Part shown: positions 11,280 to 23,121 of the stretch, piece by piece
Layout of the letters: every line of letters starts with the position of its first letter
Numbering within the stretch: position 1 is the first letter of the stretch
Assembly (NCBI GenBank): GCA_965645245.1
Contig: OZ287075.1
Coordinates: 2,108,001 to 2,172,000 of the forward strand
DNA length: 64,000 bases
Direction: 5' to 3'
From: Massalongia carnosa
Lineage: Eukaryota
The notes under the pieces: model-generated
Told to the model about the DNA's origin: nothing
Databases searched by the model: none
What the model saw: the letters and a program-made list of their open reading frames with translations, nothing else
Program-made: the position numbers and the translations under genes

Positions 11280-14195
11280 CTATCTACGAAGCAGATCCTC
11301 TCCAGCGTCAATACGCTTAGAGATCTGCTGTCCAGAGAGCCCCAAACTGTCAACTTCCCGCGCAATATCCCACGGATCCCTCCCTGCTCATTCGCCTTCC
11401 CCTGAAGGTACCGACGGATCCGTCTCTTGACGTAGAACCGCTACCTCAGGGCAGGAGTGTACCTCCACTTAGCCCCGAAGAGGCGGTCCAACTCGTCGAG
11501 AGACGTACGCCGGACCCCCTCCCCCAACGTCCCCACCGCGAATTCCTCCAACACCGCCTCCGCCGAGGTCACGCCGCCGAGAATGGGCTCCGCCGGGCAG
11601 TCAGGAGGACGTTGAGGCGGCCCCTCTTGGGGGAGGGAGCCACAGGGCGCAGAGACCGTAGACGCCTCTCCGGGGACGGAAGTGAGGACGACAGAAGGTG
11701 TAGGAAGGAGAGAAGCGACTGGGTCGACGTACGAGGACGCCGACGCAGCAGGCTCTTCACCAACGGAGTGCGCCGCCGTTGCAAGAGCAGTCGCCTGCCC
11801 TCGCCAAGACGCCTCGTCCAGCAGCCAGTCCCCCCGAACAGCCTCTACAGGAACCGTCAGAAAGGATCGAGGTAGCGTCGAGACCGTGGCCTGCAACTGT
11901 GAGAGCTGCGAACCCAGGACTCGAGCTATCTCCTGGGCATTTGCCGCCGGCAGCGCACTCAAGGTGGTCGTCAACTGGCTCTGCCCGGAGAGCAACCTCT
12001 CCACAGCGTTGAGCGTGCGATCTTGCTTGATCGCAACACCGCTGACCTTGTTACTGACGCCATCAACGGAGTCAGCAACAAGGGCAGCACGCCATGGATG
12101 GCCACGTGCAAAGGTTCCTTTTCTACGGCCTCCAACTCCCGTATCTTCGCCGCGAACGCAAGCCAAAGGGGATCGCTGAAGACTTGGTGTCTCCAGAGCG
12201 AAAGCTCAGGAAACTGAGGCTGTAGAAGCGCCGCGTCTTGCAGGAAGACACAACGCAGCCGCAGCAACATCTCCAGAACCTTCTTCCCTGCCTTATCCGC
12301 ATCAGGAAAAAGACCGCCTTTGTACGCCGCCAGAGCGTCATCCACCCAAGGCTACACCTGCCGTTACAGGGCCAGATCCGGTGAGTATCCTCCTCTTCTC
12401 AAAAAGTAACTCCCGGGGGAGTTGCCAAAGCCGGCGGCGCGACGCATGTAGACACGCGGCAGGCGGGTGAGGTAGTTAGTGGCCCAGACGCCACGTTCCC
12501 ATCCGCCTGCTCTCATGATCTGTAGTAGTTGATATAAGGGTAATGCTAGTAAGTATAAGGGGCCATGAATCGTAGAGTACTTACCTGGTCCGCGGGGACC
12601 TCCCACATGTCGGCCAGCCGTGACGAGGACTGCCGCATGGTGTGGACCGTCTTGGAGCTGTCGACGCCGACAGCATCCAAAGCCGGCTTGATCCATCGGG
12701 CCTGTGTTTTGTCGAAGATCTCCTCCTTAGATCGCGCCAGGCTCCCGGAGATGACCTTCGTGAAATACCACGAAGATCGATCCTGGAAGTCCGGCCGCTT
12801 CTCCAGGAGGAGGTCCCAGCGCAAGACGAGCCAGTGGGCGAGGGCGCCGAGAGGACAGAGGACGACATCACTGCTCCGCAAAGCACCATGGTAATGCTGG
12901 CGGCGCGAGTTGCCCCCGTCCGCCAGAGGAATGCTCTTGCCCTGGTCAATTCGAAGGATCAACGCAAGGCATTCGGACCCCTCGTTAGGGAGGTCGTAGG
13001 CGCAGAGGTCAGGTAGCTCAGCCCTCCGCGTTGACTCCCCTCGCAGCATCATCGAATGCATTAGGAGGAAGTCGAGGCGAGTCCGCAGGAGGTCCCACTC
13101 GCCGCCCGCCACGCCCTCCTCCCCCAAAACCTTGCCCCCGGCGAGCAGCATTGCCGACAATTGAGCGGCCTGCTCAGTTGTGTAGCCGTCGGTGAGGCCG
13201 TGGATCGCGCGATCCTCGAACGAGGCCCGCTTGAAAGCGCTCCAATCGATGCGTAAGCGCGTCATCAGGGCTTTGGTGGCCTTCCCTCTGGGATGGGGCA
13301 CCACCAAATTCTCTTCGAGATGCTGGTCATCGAAGAGGGCGCAGAGGGCAGAGACGTAGCCCGATTCCACGCTATCGGGCGCCAGGGGCCGGGATGAAGG
13401 GTCGTCGGCTTGCTGCAAGACGAGTCAGTAAGCTACAAAAAGATGATTCTATCCCTGAATTCGAGTTCAGGGGGCGACTCACCGTCTCAACGAGCTCCTC
13501 GCCGTCGGAGAATTCCTCGAATTTTTCCACCTCCTCCACCTCCTTCCTCTCCCTCTACCGCTGGCGAGGCTTCCACCGCCTCCATCGCCTTCCCCTTCCT
13601 CCTCTTCAACGCGCGGCGCTTAGCCTGCCGTTGGCGATTCTGATCCCGCCGCCTGGCCTGCGCTGCTGCGCCTGTGAGCTTGGGACGTGGGACGAAGCGC
13701 AGGCGGAGGACGACCTCTTCGAGGAAGAGGAGCATCTTCCGCTTCCACACAAGGACGCCGTCAGGAAAATTGCGACGTCGGCACCACTTCTGTAGGATGT
13801 TAGCGTAGGCCCAAATTTGCAGGGCATACCCATCGTAGTCACCTCCCACAGATGCCAGCACTTGCGGTACGTCTTAAGGGTGTTGGCCCTCCGATCCTCC
13901 TCCCGCATCCCGCGGACGCGCCTCATGGTGGCGGCCATGGCGGCCTCGTTGTTGCCGTGGGTGGCATAGGCCTGAGACTCACGCTTGACGGCGTCGACAT
14001 CAACGTAAGCCTCAGGAGGAGGCGGAGGGGCCCGGGTCCATCGTGCGGCCGCCAAAGAGGGTATCCGTGGTATGTAGAACGCTCGTTGATCAGCAAGTCG
14101 CTCGCGGCGCAAAACGGGGACAGGCAGGCTTTTTGCAGTTCGACTGAATGGGTCGAGGAGAGAAAATCGTGGTTGGTCACGGCGATATTGTCCAT
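11280..14195 (-). pseudogene. Crypton tyrosine recombinase with NDC10-like core and GCR1_C-like C-terminal domain, disrupted
   Basis: LRGES, QGKS, VLCPLGALA, VHTMR, AGGW, NYL (R-K-HxxR-W-Y); C-terminal LEEFAVG...SLDELDRLFGAKWR; GT-AG introns at 13790-13842, ~13413-13482 and ~12520-12584; frameshifts and a TAG at 11441-11443. Confidence 0.8.
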
Positions 14196-14198
14196 ATA

Positions 14199-15857
14199 CA
14201 GAGGTTGACACCGAAAGTCCTGATAATACGCTAATGTAAAGCTAATACTAGTGTCTTGGCAGATTATAGTGCCGAATTCTGGAGTTTCTAGTCATCCACC
14301 TCGTCATCGCTGCTAGTATTACTATTATCACCAGCTCGAAGGCCTCGTCGACCTCGATCATATCGTTCTTTTCGTTCTTCACTGATATAAAGACGAACTC
14401 CGCTTTCTGCTTCGGTGGAACCTTCGCGATACTGATTCCCACCCTTTAAAGCTATAACCTGCTGAATATGACGAGGTATGCGCTCAATCCAGTGCTGAAT
14501 ACGTTTCTGAGTCAATGTCTTTTTCTAGCACCGAGTCGTAACCTTTTCCATGATGATTCTGTTCGTCGGACAGCCTCTTCGGGTGGTTTGTCGCTTCATC
14601 CAGGCCCAACAACTCTCGATCATATTGAGATCAGGAGAATTTCCGGGCCAAATCAAGCGCATAACTCCTGCATTCATAAATATCTAATCCTGATGCTTAC
14701 AAGAATGACTGGGAGCCTTGTCTTCCTGTATCAAAGTGTCCGGACGATTTATCATGCAGTGAAGAGCGAAGGGAATCAATTTAGGAATTAATATATGAAC
14801 ATGATAGCGATACCAGTCAATTTTCCTTTACCATCTCGCTCCAATTTACCGTGAGCTTTGTTCCATGTCCAAGTGGGCTTTCGACCTCCAGGATTTCGTA
14901 GTCCCATTCGTCTTATTCCGTTGGTTAATTCTCATCTCTTCTTTCACTGCAGATTCTGCAATGTCGTTGAGTCGTTTTAAATGCTCAATTGCAGCCTTCT
15001 TTTCAGCAGCGGTCTCGTCTTTCCAATTGTGCATAGCACCTTTCTTATCATAACTAAAAGAACCCCAAGACATGAACTCCGAATATCCTTTCCATCGTCG
15101 ATGAACGCAAGTTTTATTGTACGATTCGGTTGAATCGCGCCATACTCGTATACATGCTCGACGAGTTCCCAAACAAACGCTTGTTTCGTCGGTCCAAATG
15201 ACCTTCTTCCAGTCTTCGATCGTCCAGTGTTCATGTCGCAAGGCGAACTGATATCGAGCCTCCATCATTGCAAGAGTGAGACCGGGTTTTTTAGTTGTTT
15301 TACGCCATCGCAAACGATTGCGTTTTAGAACTCGAAGAATAGCTGTTGCGGAGACATTGTGCTCATATGCAAGCACTGCGGCTGGTTTTTCTCGACCATT
15401 TGCGTCTTTTCGCACTGTTGTCAAAATGTCATATTCAACCTCCGAAGTCACCTTCGGTGGACGACCTGAACGAGGTGCATCTTTGAAATATTCTTCTTTC
15501 ATAACAGAAGAGACCTCCGGATCAAAACCTCGTTCTCTAGCTTTTTTTCTCAGACATCTGACGGTTATAGAAGTCATACCGGAGGCTGTAGCAGCTGCAT
15601 CTATTCCAACTCCATGTTCAACCAAAGTAAGAGCCTGTAATCTTGCAGCTATTGTATGATTTACTGTTCGTGAATCACCCATGATTATATAAAATATATT
15701 ATAGAAAATTTGATAATAAAACAAACATCAACAGCTGAAGTTTTGATCTTGTTGTTACCATTTTGAATGATCTCCCTATAGCATTTTTAACGCTAAATCT
15801 ACGTGGCGTTTTTAGCCCGCATTAGCGTATTATCAGGACTTTCGGTGTCAACCTCTG
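14199..15857 (-). mobile_element. Tc1/mariner DD34E transposon
   Basis: Perfect 38-bp TIRs (CAGAGGTTGACACCGAAAGTCC...) at 14199-14236 and 15820-15857; TA on both sides. Confidence 0.95.
14288..15682 (-). pseudogene. Tc1 transposase, frameshifted
   Basis: PRSGRP, WTDE, then in another frame QEDKAPSH...WPGNSPDLNMIE (34 positions between D and E, one of them a stop). Confidence 0.9.
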
Positions 15858-15890
15858 TACAGCGTGACGATTTTGCAGGGTCACGCCTAT

Positions 15891-18056
15891 CCCTCTCGCT
15901 GTCATTCTAGCACCCCCCCCCAAGCTAAACCATTGTTGGTTAGAAAGCGCTAAACCTTAAACTTTTGACCAATCAATGTTATTCCTATTCACAAGAAGTT
16001 GTACGGAGTATCAGATACCTATTTACTCGTCCCCTATCATATGAATAGCTTCCCAACAGCTGGCTTTCTTACAGCAGGGCCTGATTGGATTACATCCTCC
16101 ACAAGCCCATATAGTCTGAGCACCCCTTCGCCTTCTTTTACGCCCATCGACACTTATTTCAGCCAGTGGCTCTCCCTTCCGCTTTGAAGGTCGTTTTTTC
16201 TCGGCGTTACATTGCACACATCTTTTTCTGCCTTCAAGACGAACGTAATGATGAATGGGAGATGGTACTAAAGCATCAATCGTGGTATTGATGCTTATCT
16301 TTGATGAGCCGGGCCTGATGCCCGCTTGATTTGATATCAGTTCAAGAGCAATCCGACGAAGAAATTCAGAACGAGTAAATTTTATCTCCTCGGAATCGAA
16401 AGAGTTCAGCGAGTAAAGTTTATAGGCATTCAATCCGGCTGCATCTAAAATAAAAATGAACAAAGGCCACCAGTAACGATCCGTTCGACGATTGTATGAG
16501 TAAATCGCTCGTTGCTGAGCGTTTCCATCCGATCCCCCCATATGAAGATTATATTCTTTGATTGGGGCTGGTATCGGTAATCCTAAGGGCCGTTGAATCT
16601 CTTGATTGAGCAAGGGAATGGAGTGAGCCAGAGTTGATGGGAAATACGATACAATAGGTTGAAGAGAGGTCTCGGGAATTCCATATCTCTTGTGCGGATT
16701 TATATAGTGCATTTCGTACAAGTCCTGAGGAGAATGACCGGTGGTCATGTACTGCACACTATTATTATCCACCCAGCCCATACAAAGCACCTTATCGTCG
16801 ACCACCATATGGGCCTGAAGACCCCAGTCTTTTCCTTTTGAAGTGACGTCCCGTATGGCCAACAATTCTTCTGGAAAGCCCGAGCCCTTTTTAGCAGTTC
16901 CACTGGCAGCTATTCCGATTGATCGAAGTGCCTTGAATAATTTCGTACTAGTAAAGAAATTATCACAGAAAAGATGATAATTCAGTGAGGATGGAAGTTC
17001 TTTACATAACTGAATCACTAGCAAAGCACTAGGAGTTAGTTTATCTTTTGGCAAAAATCCCAATTGTCTGACTGTTTTCAATTCACTTATTCTGCTACTC
17101 TTCGAGGCAAACATAAATGACAACAGATAATTATCCTGACAGAGACTGTAGATTTTAAATCCTTTATGGGCACTTTTTGTAGTAATCTGCAAGGTATGTC
17201 GAGAACGGCCCTTGAATAACACCAGCTGTTCATCTATAGATATCATACTTCCTGGTCTGCAATGTTTCAATGAAGTCTTTCGGAAATCAGTAGCCAACGG
17301 TTCCAGTTTCTTCCACCAATCAGGTCCTTGACCAAGTCCGATAGGCTCAGTCTGTCCATTATTGATTTTCAAAAATCGTTTGATTTGTTGAAATCGACCA
17401 AGCGACATCGCGGACAGAATAGGCATGATAACTGGTTTGTCAGGACGTTGATTCCAATAATCCTCTGTAGCAGGTAGATGATCGAGTCCCATAAGAATTA
17501 ATATGCCCAAAAAAACCTCAATTTCCGAGTCAGTAGTGTCAGTCCAAACCCGATGATTGTTCTCCTTCTCCTTTTCCATGTAGTTATTTGCCTTGATATT
17601 GGTATGATTTGCGATGATACGACAATGCTGCCTTGTTATAAATAACCGAAATAATCCCAAAGGATTTCGAGAATCGTTTTCAACGAGCGGAACAAAAGGC
17701 CTGTTTTCAACCCGAATGGGGGTATATTTTGAGGAAATAGGGGGAAGGTCGATTAAAATATCCCGAACACTTCTTTTGCGATTTATTTTATGTTGCTTCG
17801 CTGAAATGGGAGATTTGTCTGATACACTCGGGATTTCTTCTTCATTGAGCGTCATACTTATAATATCAATTCCGAAGCTAGAAGAATAGTAATTTATGTG
17901 ATTTATTTTGATTGAATGACCGAATAGTATTCTTTGAAAAGTAAACAAACGCGCAAACACTCTAGAGAAAACTAATGTTCTGATGACTCATCGGTGCGGA
18001 AGCTAGTCCAATATAGATTAGCTTGGGAGGGGGGTGCTAGAATGACAGCGAGAGGG
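15891..18056 (-). mobile_element. piggyBac-like transposon with ~38-bp TIRs
   Basis: CCCTCTCGCTGTCATTCTAGCACCCC... at 15891 and its reverse complement ending at 18056; flanks CTAT and ATAA. Confidence 0.92.
16023..17960 (-). CDS. piggyBac-type DDD transposase with C-terminal Cys-rich domain, open frame
   Basis: MSLGRFQQIKRFL, SIDEQ, FCDNFF, YNLHMGGSD, WWPLF, CVQC...CGGC...C...C...H; true start is probably the ATG of MTLNEEE. Confidence 0.9.
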   Translation of the reverse strand: MFARLFTFQRILFGHSIKINHINYYSSSFGIDIISMTLNEEEIPSVSDKSPISAKQHKINRKRSVRDILIDLPPISSKYTPIRVENRPFVPLVENDSRNPLGLFRLFITRQHCRIIANHTNIKANNYMEKEKENNHRVWTDTTDSEIEVFLGILILMGLDHLPATEDYWNQRPDKPVIMPILSAMSLGRFQQIKRFLKINNGQTEPIGLGQGPDWWKKLEPLATDFRKTSLKHCRPGSMISIDEQLVLFKGRSRHTLQITTKSAHKGFKIYSLCQDNYLLSFMFASKSSRISELKTVRQLGFLPKDKLTPSALLVIQLCKELPSSLNYHLFCDNFFTSTKLFKALRSIGIAASGTAKKGSGFPEELLAIRDVTSKGKDWGLQAHMVVDDKVLCMGWVDNNSVQYMTTGHSPQDLYEMHYINPHKRYGIPETSLQPIVSYFPSTLAHSIPLLNQEIQRPLGLPIPAPIKEYNLHMGGSDGNAQQRAIYSYNRRTDRYWWPLFIFILDAAGLNAYKLYSLNSFDSEEIKFTRSEFLRRIALELISNQAGIRPGSSKISINTTIDALVPSPIHHYVRLEGRKRCVQCNAEKKRPSKRKGEPLAEISVDGRKRRRRGAQTIWACGGCNPIRPCCKKASCWEAIHMIGDE

Positions 18057-18544
18057 ATAAGTGGGTTTATACCCCAAAGTCACAGGCAATAAGGCCACTT
18101 TTCGAAGGACCGCCAAGCCAGCATTTTTTACGCTAAATCTCAACCCCGCGGCCCCCAAAAAAAAATCGGCCTCGGATAAGCGAGATGATAATAGTTTATC
18201 CGAGCCTCTATGCGATTAGATTAGATCTGATCTTATCTAATCTATCGGCTAGGCAATGCTGGTAGGTCATTTGGAATATTGCGACCGCACGATTAAATGA
18301 CAAGCACGAGGAAAAGCGACTAGAAACCTATACAAAAATATACGGAAAACATCACAATACAATATCATGATCTAATTTTCCATCCCCAGACTGTCATGTT
18401 TCGATATGTCATTCCTTCACCAAAAAAATCGCCTCCGAAGAAGTGACACATGAAACATAGCTAGCCAGCAGATGCTCTGTCACTTCATGACAGAAAACAC
18501 GATTGCTTATCCTTTCTCTCTGTAAGGATAATCTCTAGGCCCAT

Positions 18545-21376
18545 CTAATGACTCGGCTTTGTCCCTCGCCTTTGTCGTTTTCGAGGAGGTGACTTTTTTA
18601 TTAAGTCAGTCAATGACACTTCTCTAAAGCTTTCTAAAGCTATCTTCGCTAAGTTGGCATGCTTTGTGTGTAAAGCTTCTTGCGCTTTCACAGTAGGTTT
18701 TAATATCCGTCTAGATCTAGATTTACGAGGTGAGATTAGTGCCCGGTCACGTTCTTTACCTTTCTCTAGTATGCTCCAAATTTGCTCCTCAGCTAGTATA
18801 TTATCAGCTTCCTGTCGCTCATCCGCTGATGTATTCTCGACTTCTTGTCGCTCTTCCGCTAATGTATTCTCGACTTCCTCTCTCTCTTCCGATAATGCAT
18901 CGTCTTTTTCGTACGGAAAGTAATCAGAATCATAGCCCACTGGTGTTCTCTCCCCTTCCGAAAGTGGTGTTGGCTCTCCTAATGGAATGCGTAGAGGAAG
19001 AGGACATCGTCATTGAGGATACATCCATAATGGGCGGGTGAACAACTGAAGTATGCGACGATGGAGCTGGAGCTATATGCTCGAAATGAGGAACGATAAT
19101 TTGATACTGTCGCTCTGTCAGATATTTTCGACCCTGCTCTCAATGATTAGCCATGAATTAATCTTAAGGTGAGTACGTACCTGTTTAGCATAAAGTATTC
19201 GTTTTTTGCGAGCATCTTCTTCGGCCGCCTCTGGAAAGCGACGTTTGTAATTTGTATGTCCCTGTAGTGTTCCAGCAAACGTCTGACTCATATCAAACCT
19301 TTGAAATTGTTGTAACTGTGCCTCGTCCATGTCTAACCATCCAATAGCCCAGCGAGCATAGTTCTTCTGCTCTTCCTTAGTCTCTTCCGATGAGTCTGTT
19401 ACAATTGACGACAATTGAGATCGAGATGAGAAATTCATTTCACTCTCGAGGGTAATATTTTTGTCGTGATGAGATGTAAAACTCTTGTCACTCCCGGTCG
19501 CAATATCTTCATCGTTTTGAGCCGAGAATCTGCGAGACCTAAAAACAAAAGAACGATCACTGAATCCATTCCAGTCACTTATGTCAGTATGAACACTCAT
19601 ATTGTCGCTCTCGCCGTCATGATTGCTGTCGCTATTATTGTCATTAGAGTCATTGTCATTGTCATTCTCTTTATCAACTTCATCTTCGTTGTGACTAGAT
19701 TGAGAGACAGAAGCAGTTTTGGATCTACTACTTGCAGTAGAGTACTAGCAGAAACGCCTGTTATGCTTAAAACTCTTGCATATTGAGCATTTCATCCTCT
19801 GCTTTGATAAATCAACTCGTTTTCTTCTCTCACGTCTGATTTTTGGGCGACCAGCCTGGACTACAATTTCTGGTGGTTTCACATCGGCCGCTGCGAGAAC
19901 ATTGAGATCAATAGGTTGTAAAAATGACTGGTATGTTGCCTTGTACTCAGCGATTGTAAAGATGGGACTGACAAAATCCTCTGGTTCTCTTTCTTGCTTA
20001 ATGACGATACCGCAGAAAGGACGAGAATTTTGAACAGTATACTCGGCCGATTGTTTCTGTCCATCTTGAATCCATCTCTAGGCATAATCAGTGACTCTAT
20101 CTGTCTTGTGTTCAAGCTTGTGCCGTTCATAAAGTTTGTCCATGCATTGGTTCCAAATCTGATGAAGACAAAGCAATGCGGGCATGTGACGTGCCTCCAG
20201 CCAAATATTATTTTGCGACTCTTGAGCATTAGAACATAATTGACCATATCGAGGATGAGGAAAAGCATATACAGCCCACTGCTCTGGAGGTATTTCTTCA
20301 ATAAAACCCGCGCAATTAGGTCTCGTCGCTCTAATTCTGTTGAGTATAGTGTTGAATTTTGCCTGTGTTTTAGCTTTAGCCGCATCCCAGAAAAGATTCC
20401 GATGTCTTCTTCCATTTTTTATCGACATTGTCTCCGAGATGTTTGCAATAATGAGCACTTAAAGCGACAGGAAAATGATCAGATACTGCACGTTTGATAC
20501 CTTTGTTGCGATCACTAATAATCACTGCTTGTCGTCTCGAGCGAAATCGAATATATAATGCCATTGCCCGTAAAAATAGATCCAGTTATCTTTGTTCTCG
20601 ATTGGGACCAATGCCCACGCCAGTTCCAATACCTGGTTGTTACCGTCTTGAGTAACAAGAGACAAGATCACAAGGCCGTCCGATGTCTTGCAAGCGGTAC
20701 CATCACACTGAAGCACCGAACGACAATGACGAAAAGCACGCTCAGTCGCCTTTGGCAGTACCCAACATCGTTTGAAACAACCGTTCTCATCTAGCTCCAG
20801 ATTTGTCCATGCTGTTCGTGTATTGTTTTGTTCTTCGCATGCTGACAAGAATGCAGGTATATATTGAAAGCTTTGCTTAATATTGCCAAACTGCTTAATC
20901 TTGAGAAACTCTATTGTGCGCCACATCGCCATATAGTTTGTGTTGTTTCCTCGACTGGAAGTCTCGACGGTCATTAAATGCCTCGATTTAATCCGATGAT
21001 CAGATTGCACAAGCGCTTGATTTGTCTTGTTGGTGGCTAAATACTGAACAGCATTGCTACCTGAATGGCTGTAGTGGTCGATATATGGCACAGGTATGAG
21101 AGATCATTTAAGTGAGTTTCCCTGATCTAATGTCAGTATTTCTTTGTCTTAGCTCTTATACATTTAAGTATTACATCTCCCAGTTTTGTTGGACAAGCTG
21201 GCTCTGATTCGAAAGTCACAATGATCGCACTTAACTAGATATCTATTCTTCTCGGCCTTCTCAACACGCCATGACTCGCCCTTGCTTGCAAGCTAATTAG
21301 TGATCGCCTGTCTTGTCTCATATTTATCGTCCCACTCTTGACCGACATAAAGCGACATTGTTGATGATTCGGCCAT
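18545..21376 (-). pseudogene. MULE transposase with long acidic C-terminal extension, disrupted
   Basis: N-terminal VGQEW...C..C.FRIRA; QCDGT, DGNNQVLELAWALVPIENKDNW, ISDRNKG, HYCKHL, SNAQESQN; GRPK and CSICKSFKHNRRFC knuckle, in frame with ORF 19118-19600; intron ~19131-19181; stops and frameshifts. Confidence 0.85.
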
Positions 21377-21907
21377 AGGTGAGATTGAACGAGACATAAG
21401 TATGCAGAAATGATGGACGAAGATATGCACAAATAAGTCCCGAGTTAACGCTAGATAGCCCGAGTGTGCCACGTAGTCCAAATGCCTTGTTTAAGCATTC
21501 TATGGAGTTTCATTGGCGTATAGCACTTAAAGCAGAAAGTTATAGAGCTGTAATTGGTAGGTTCAGTCACTTCACCTATGATTGATCCCCCGATATCGCA
21601 CGATCATCGGGCTACAGATATCTAGTCGCTCGTTTTTATCGCCGTAATCATGTCTTCTTTCTTGGAGTAGCAAGGCTTTTATCGGGGTAGCCGATGCTCA
21701 ATGGACTTCTCCTCGTGCGTGCCATTTAACTGTGCGGTCGCAATATTCCAAATGACCCCCAAATGACCCCTTCAATTAATTACAGTTCTTGGGGGTCATC
21801 GTGACAGCGGCAGAAGCAAAATTACGTGTATATTACGGTAATTGACCCCCAAATAACCCCCAGGCAAGATGGGGGGGTTATTTGGGGGTCATCTCAGTAA
21901 TTTGCCG

Positions 21908-22440
21908 GAAGAATAATTTGTTATCCGAGGAGTTGGTTCCAAGCGTAATATCAAGCGGTACTGTCGTCGCCGGAGCTACCGGAAGGGTTATTGCGTAAAA
22001 GGTGACTGTGCTGGCCAGTGGATCCTGTATCTCCTGTTAGCCTTGTCTTTGGTATAGGGTTTTCACATAAATGCCTACATTACCGCAGGAAGTCTCGGTA
22101 AAGGGGGTTGCAGCAGATACTGGTGTGGCACTGGTATTTGCTTCCGGCTAGTCAATGGCCGCGAGCACGAATGGCTGAAATGGCATGGAGTAGACAGTGC
22201 CGATATTAGAACGCATCCAGAATGAATCGGTGGCTTGGCCCATTGCCTTCACCATGACATCGGTGCGTTGCCCTATTCCCAGTGTCACAATGTCTATTTC
22301 ATAAGGGACGAGTGGTACCAAATCACTGGCAATAATATTCAATGTATGACCATCAATGGAGAAATGCTGAATTCCTTCGGCGCCTGCGTTGATCAGACGA
22401 AGTCGATGACGTTTTCCAGGCTGGAGCTGAAAATTTAATC
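21908..22440 (-). pseudogene. Laccase/multicopper oxidase fragment
   Basis: PGKRHRLRLINAGAEGIQHFSIDGHTLNIIASDLVP...GQRTDV; lacks the N-terminus and is cut at the MULE TIR. Confidence 0.85.
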
Positions 22441-23121
22441 CAAGAGTTACCTCAAGCGCAAATGCAAGCCCTTTTGGTGCTGGACTCTGAATCAATGGTG
22501 ACAAGAAGGGAAACATTTGCGAAAACTAATCCATTTATAGTCCTTCCTCTCATTGCTTTTTATTTTGAGGTCAGCACATGAGCGATTGTGCTGAAAACGT
22601 GCATAAGGAGGCAGCACTTTACACCAACGAGAAGAGCGGCTCTTGTATTGGCTCTTTCAAGAGCCAATACGGAGTCCTGTTTTTCCTGTTCTTTCTTTTG
22701 TCGATCTCTTATCAGTGAGACGCGTCCCGAACAGGAGTTTACATCCGTGTAGGCTCGTCGATCTTGATTGATTGATTGATTCATACACCGATCCAAGGGC
22801 CGAAGGCCCTTATGCGGGAGTGCTAAACTACATCGGGGGGTGTCCCAGGGGATGGGTATCTAAGTCTGCTGAGGGCAGAATTGCTGCACTAAGCGCTGAA
22901 AGTACAAAAAATACAAAAACTCTTTTAGCTGTACAAGGGGTTGTGAATGCAAGGAAGAGGGAAAAGAAGACATGAACAGAGGGACAAACCGCTTGAGACA
23001 AATCGATAAATAGAACTCCAACGCCACCCTCCTGGGCCCCTGTGCTTGGTGTTGATACATGCAAGCCCTACCATGGTAGAGACTATTCTGTGAGCGGGAT
23101 AAAACAAGAGCCGGCCTGCCG

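Larger units (their letters stand above)
10727..18176 (-). mobile_element. Crypton (CryptonF-like tyrosine-recombinase DNA transposon)
   Basis: Bounded by direct repeat TAAGC (10722-10726 and 18177-18181) interrupting the solo LTR; no TIRs; intron-containing recombinase gene; ~3.6 kb once the nested Tc1 and piggyBac are removed. Confidence 0.78.
10592..18262 (-). mobile_element. Solo LTR related to the copia 1 LTR, split into 10592-10726 and 18182-~18262
   Basis: TGTTGAATAGGTCTATGACTATG... aligns with 9979 onward up to CTAAGC; alignment resumes at GAGATGATAATAGTTTATCCGAGCCT (18182); terminal CAACA missing. Confidence 0.8.
10441..21907 (-). mobile_element. Mutator-like DNA transposon (MULE) with ~200-bp TIRs; left TIR split by nested insertions
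   Basis: Right TIR ~21707-21907 is the reverse complement of 10441-10591 joined to ~18265-18317; MULE transposase inside; no matching TSD. Confidence 0.88.

Noticed and set aside
11280..14195. Starship captain or DIRS/Ngaro recombinase
   Set aside because: Motifs and the GCR1_C-like tail fit Crypton; the element is ~3.6 kb with no cargo and no associated RT.
10430..21917. 9-10 bp MULE target-site duplication
   Set aside because: Flanks TTACTTGTT and GAAGAATAA do not match.
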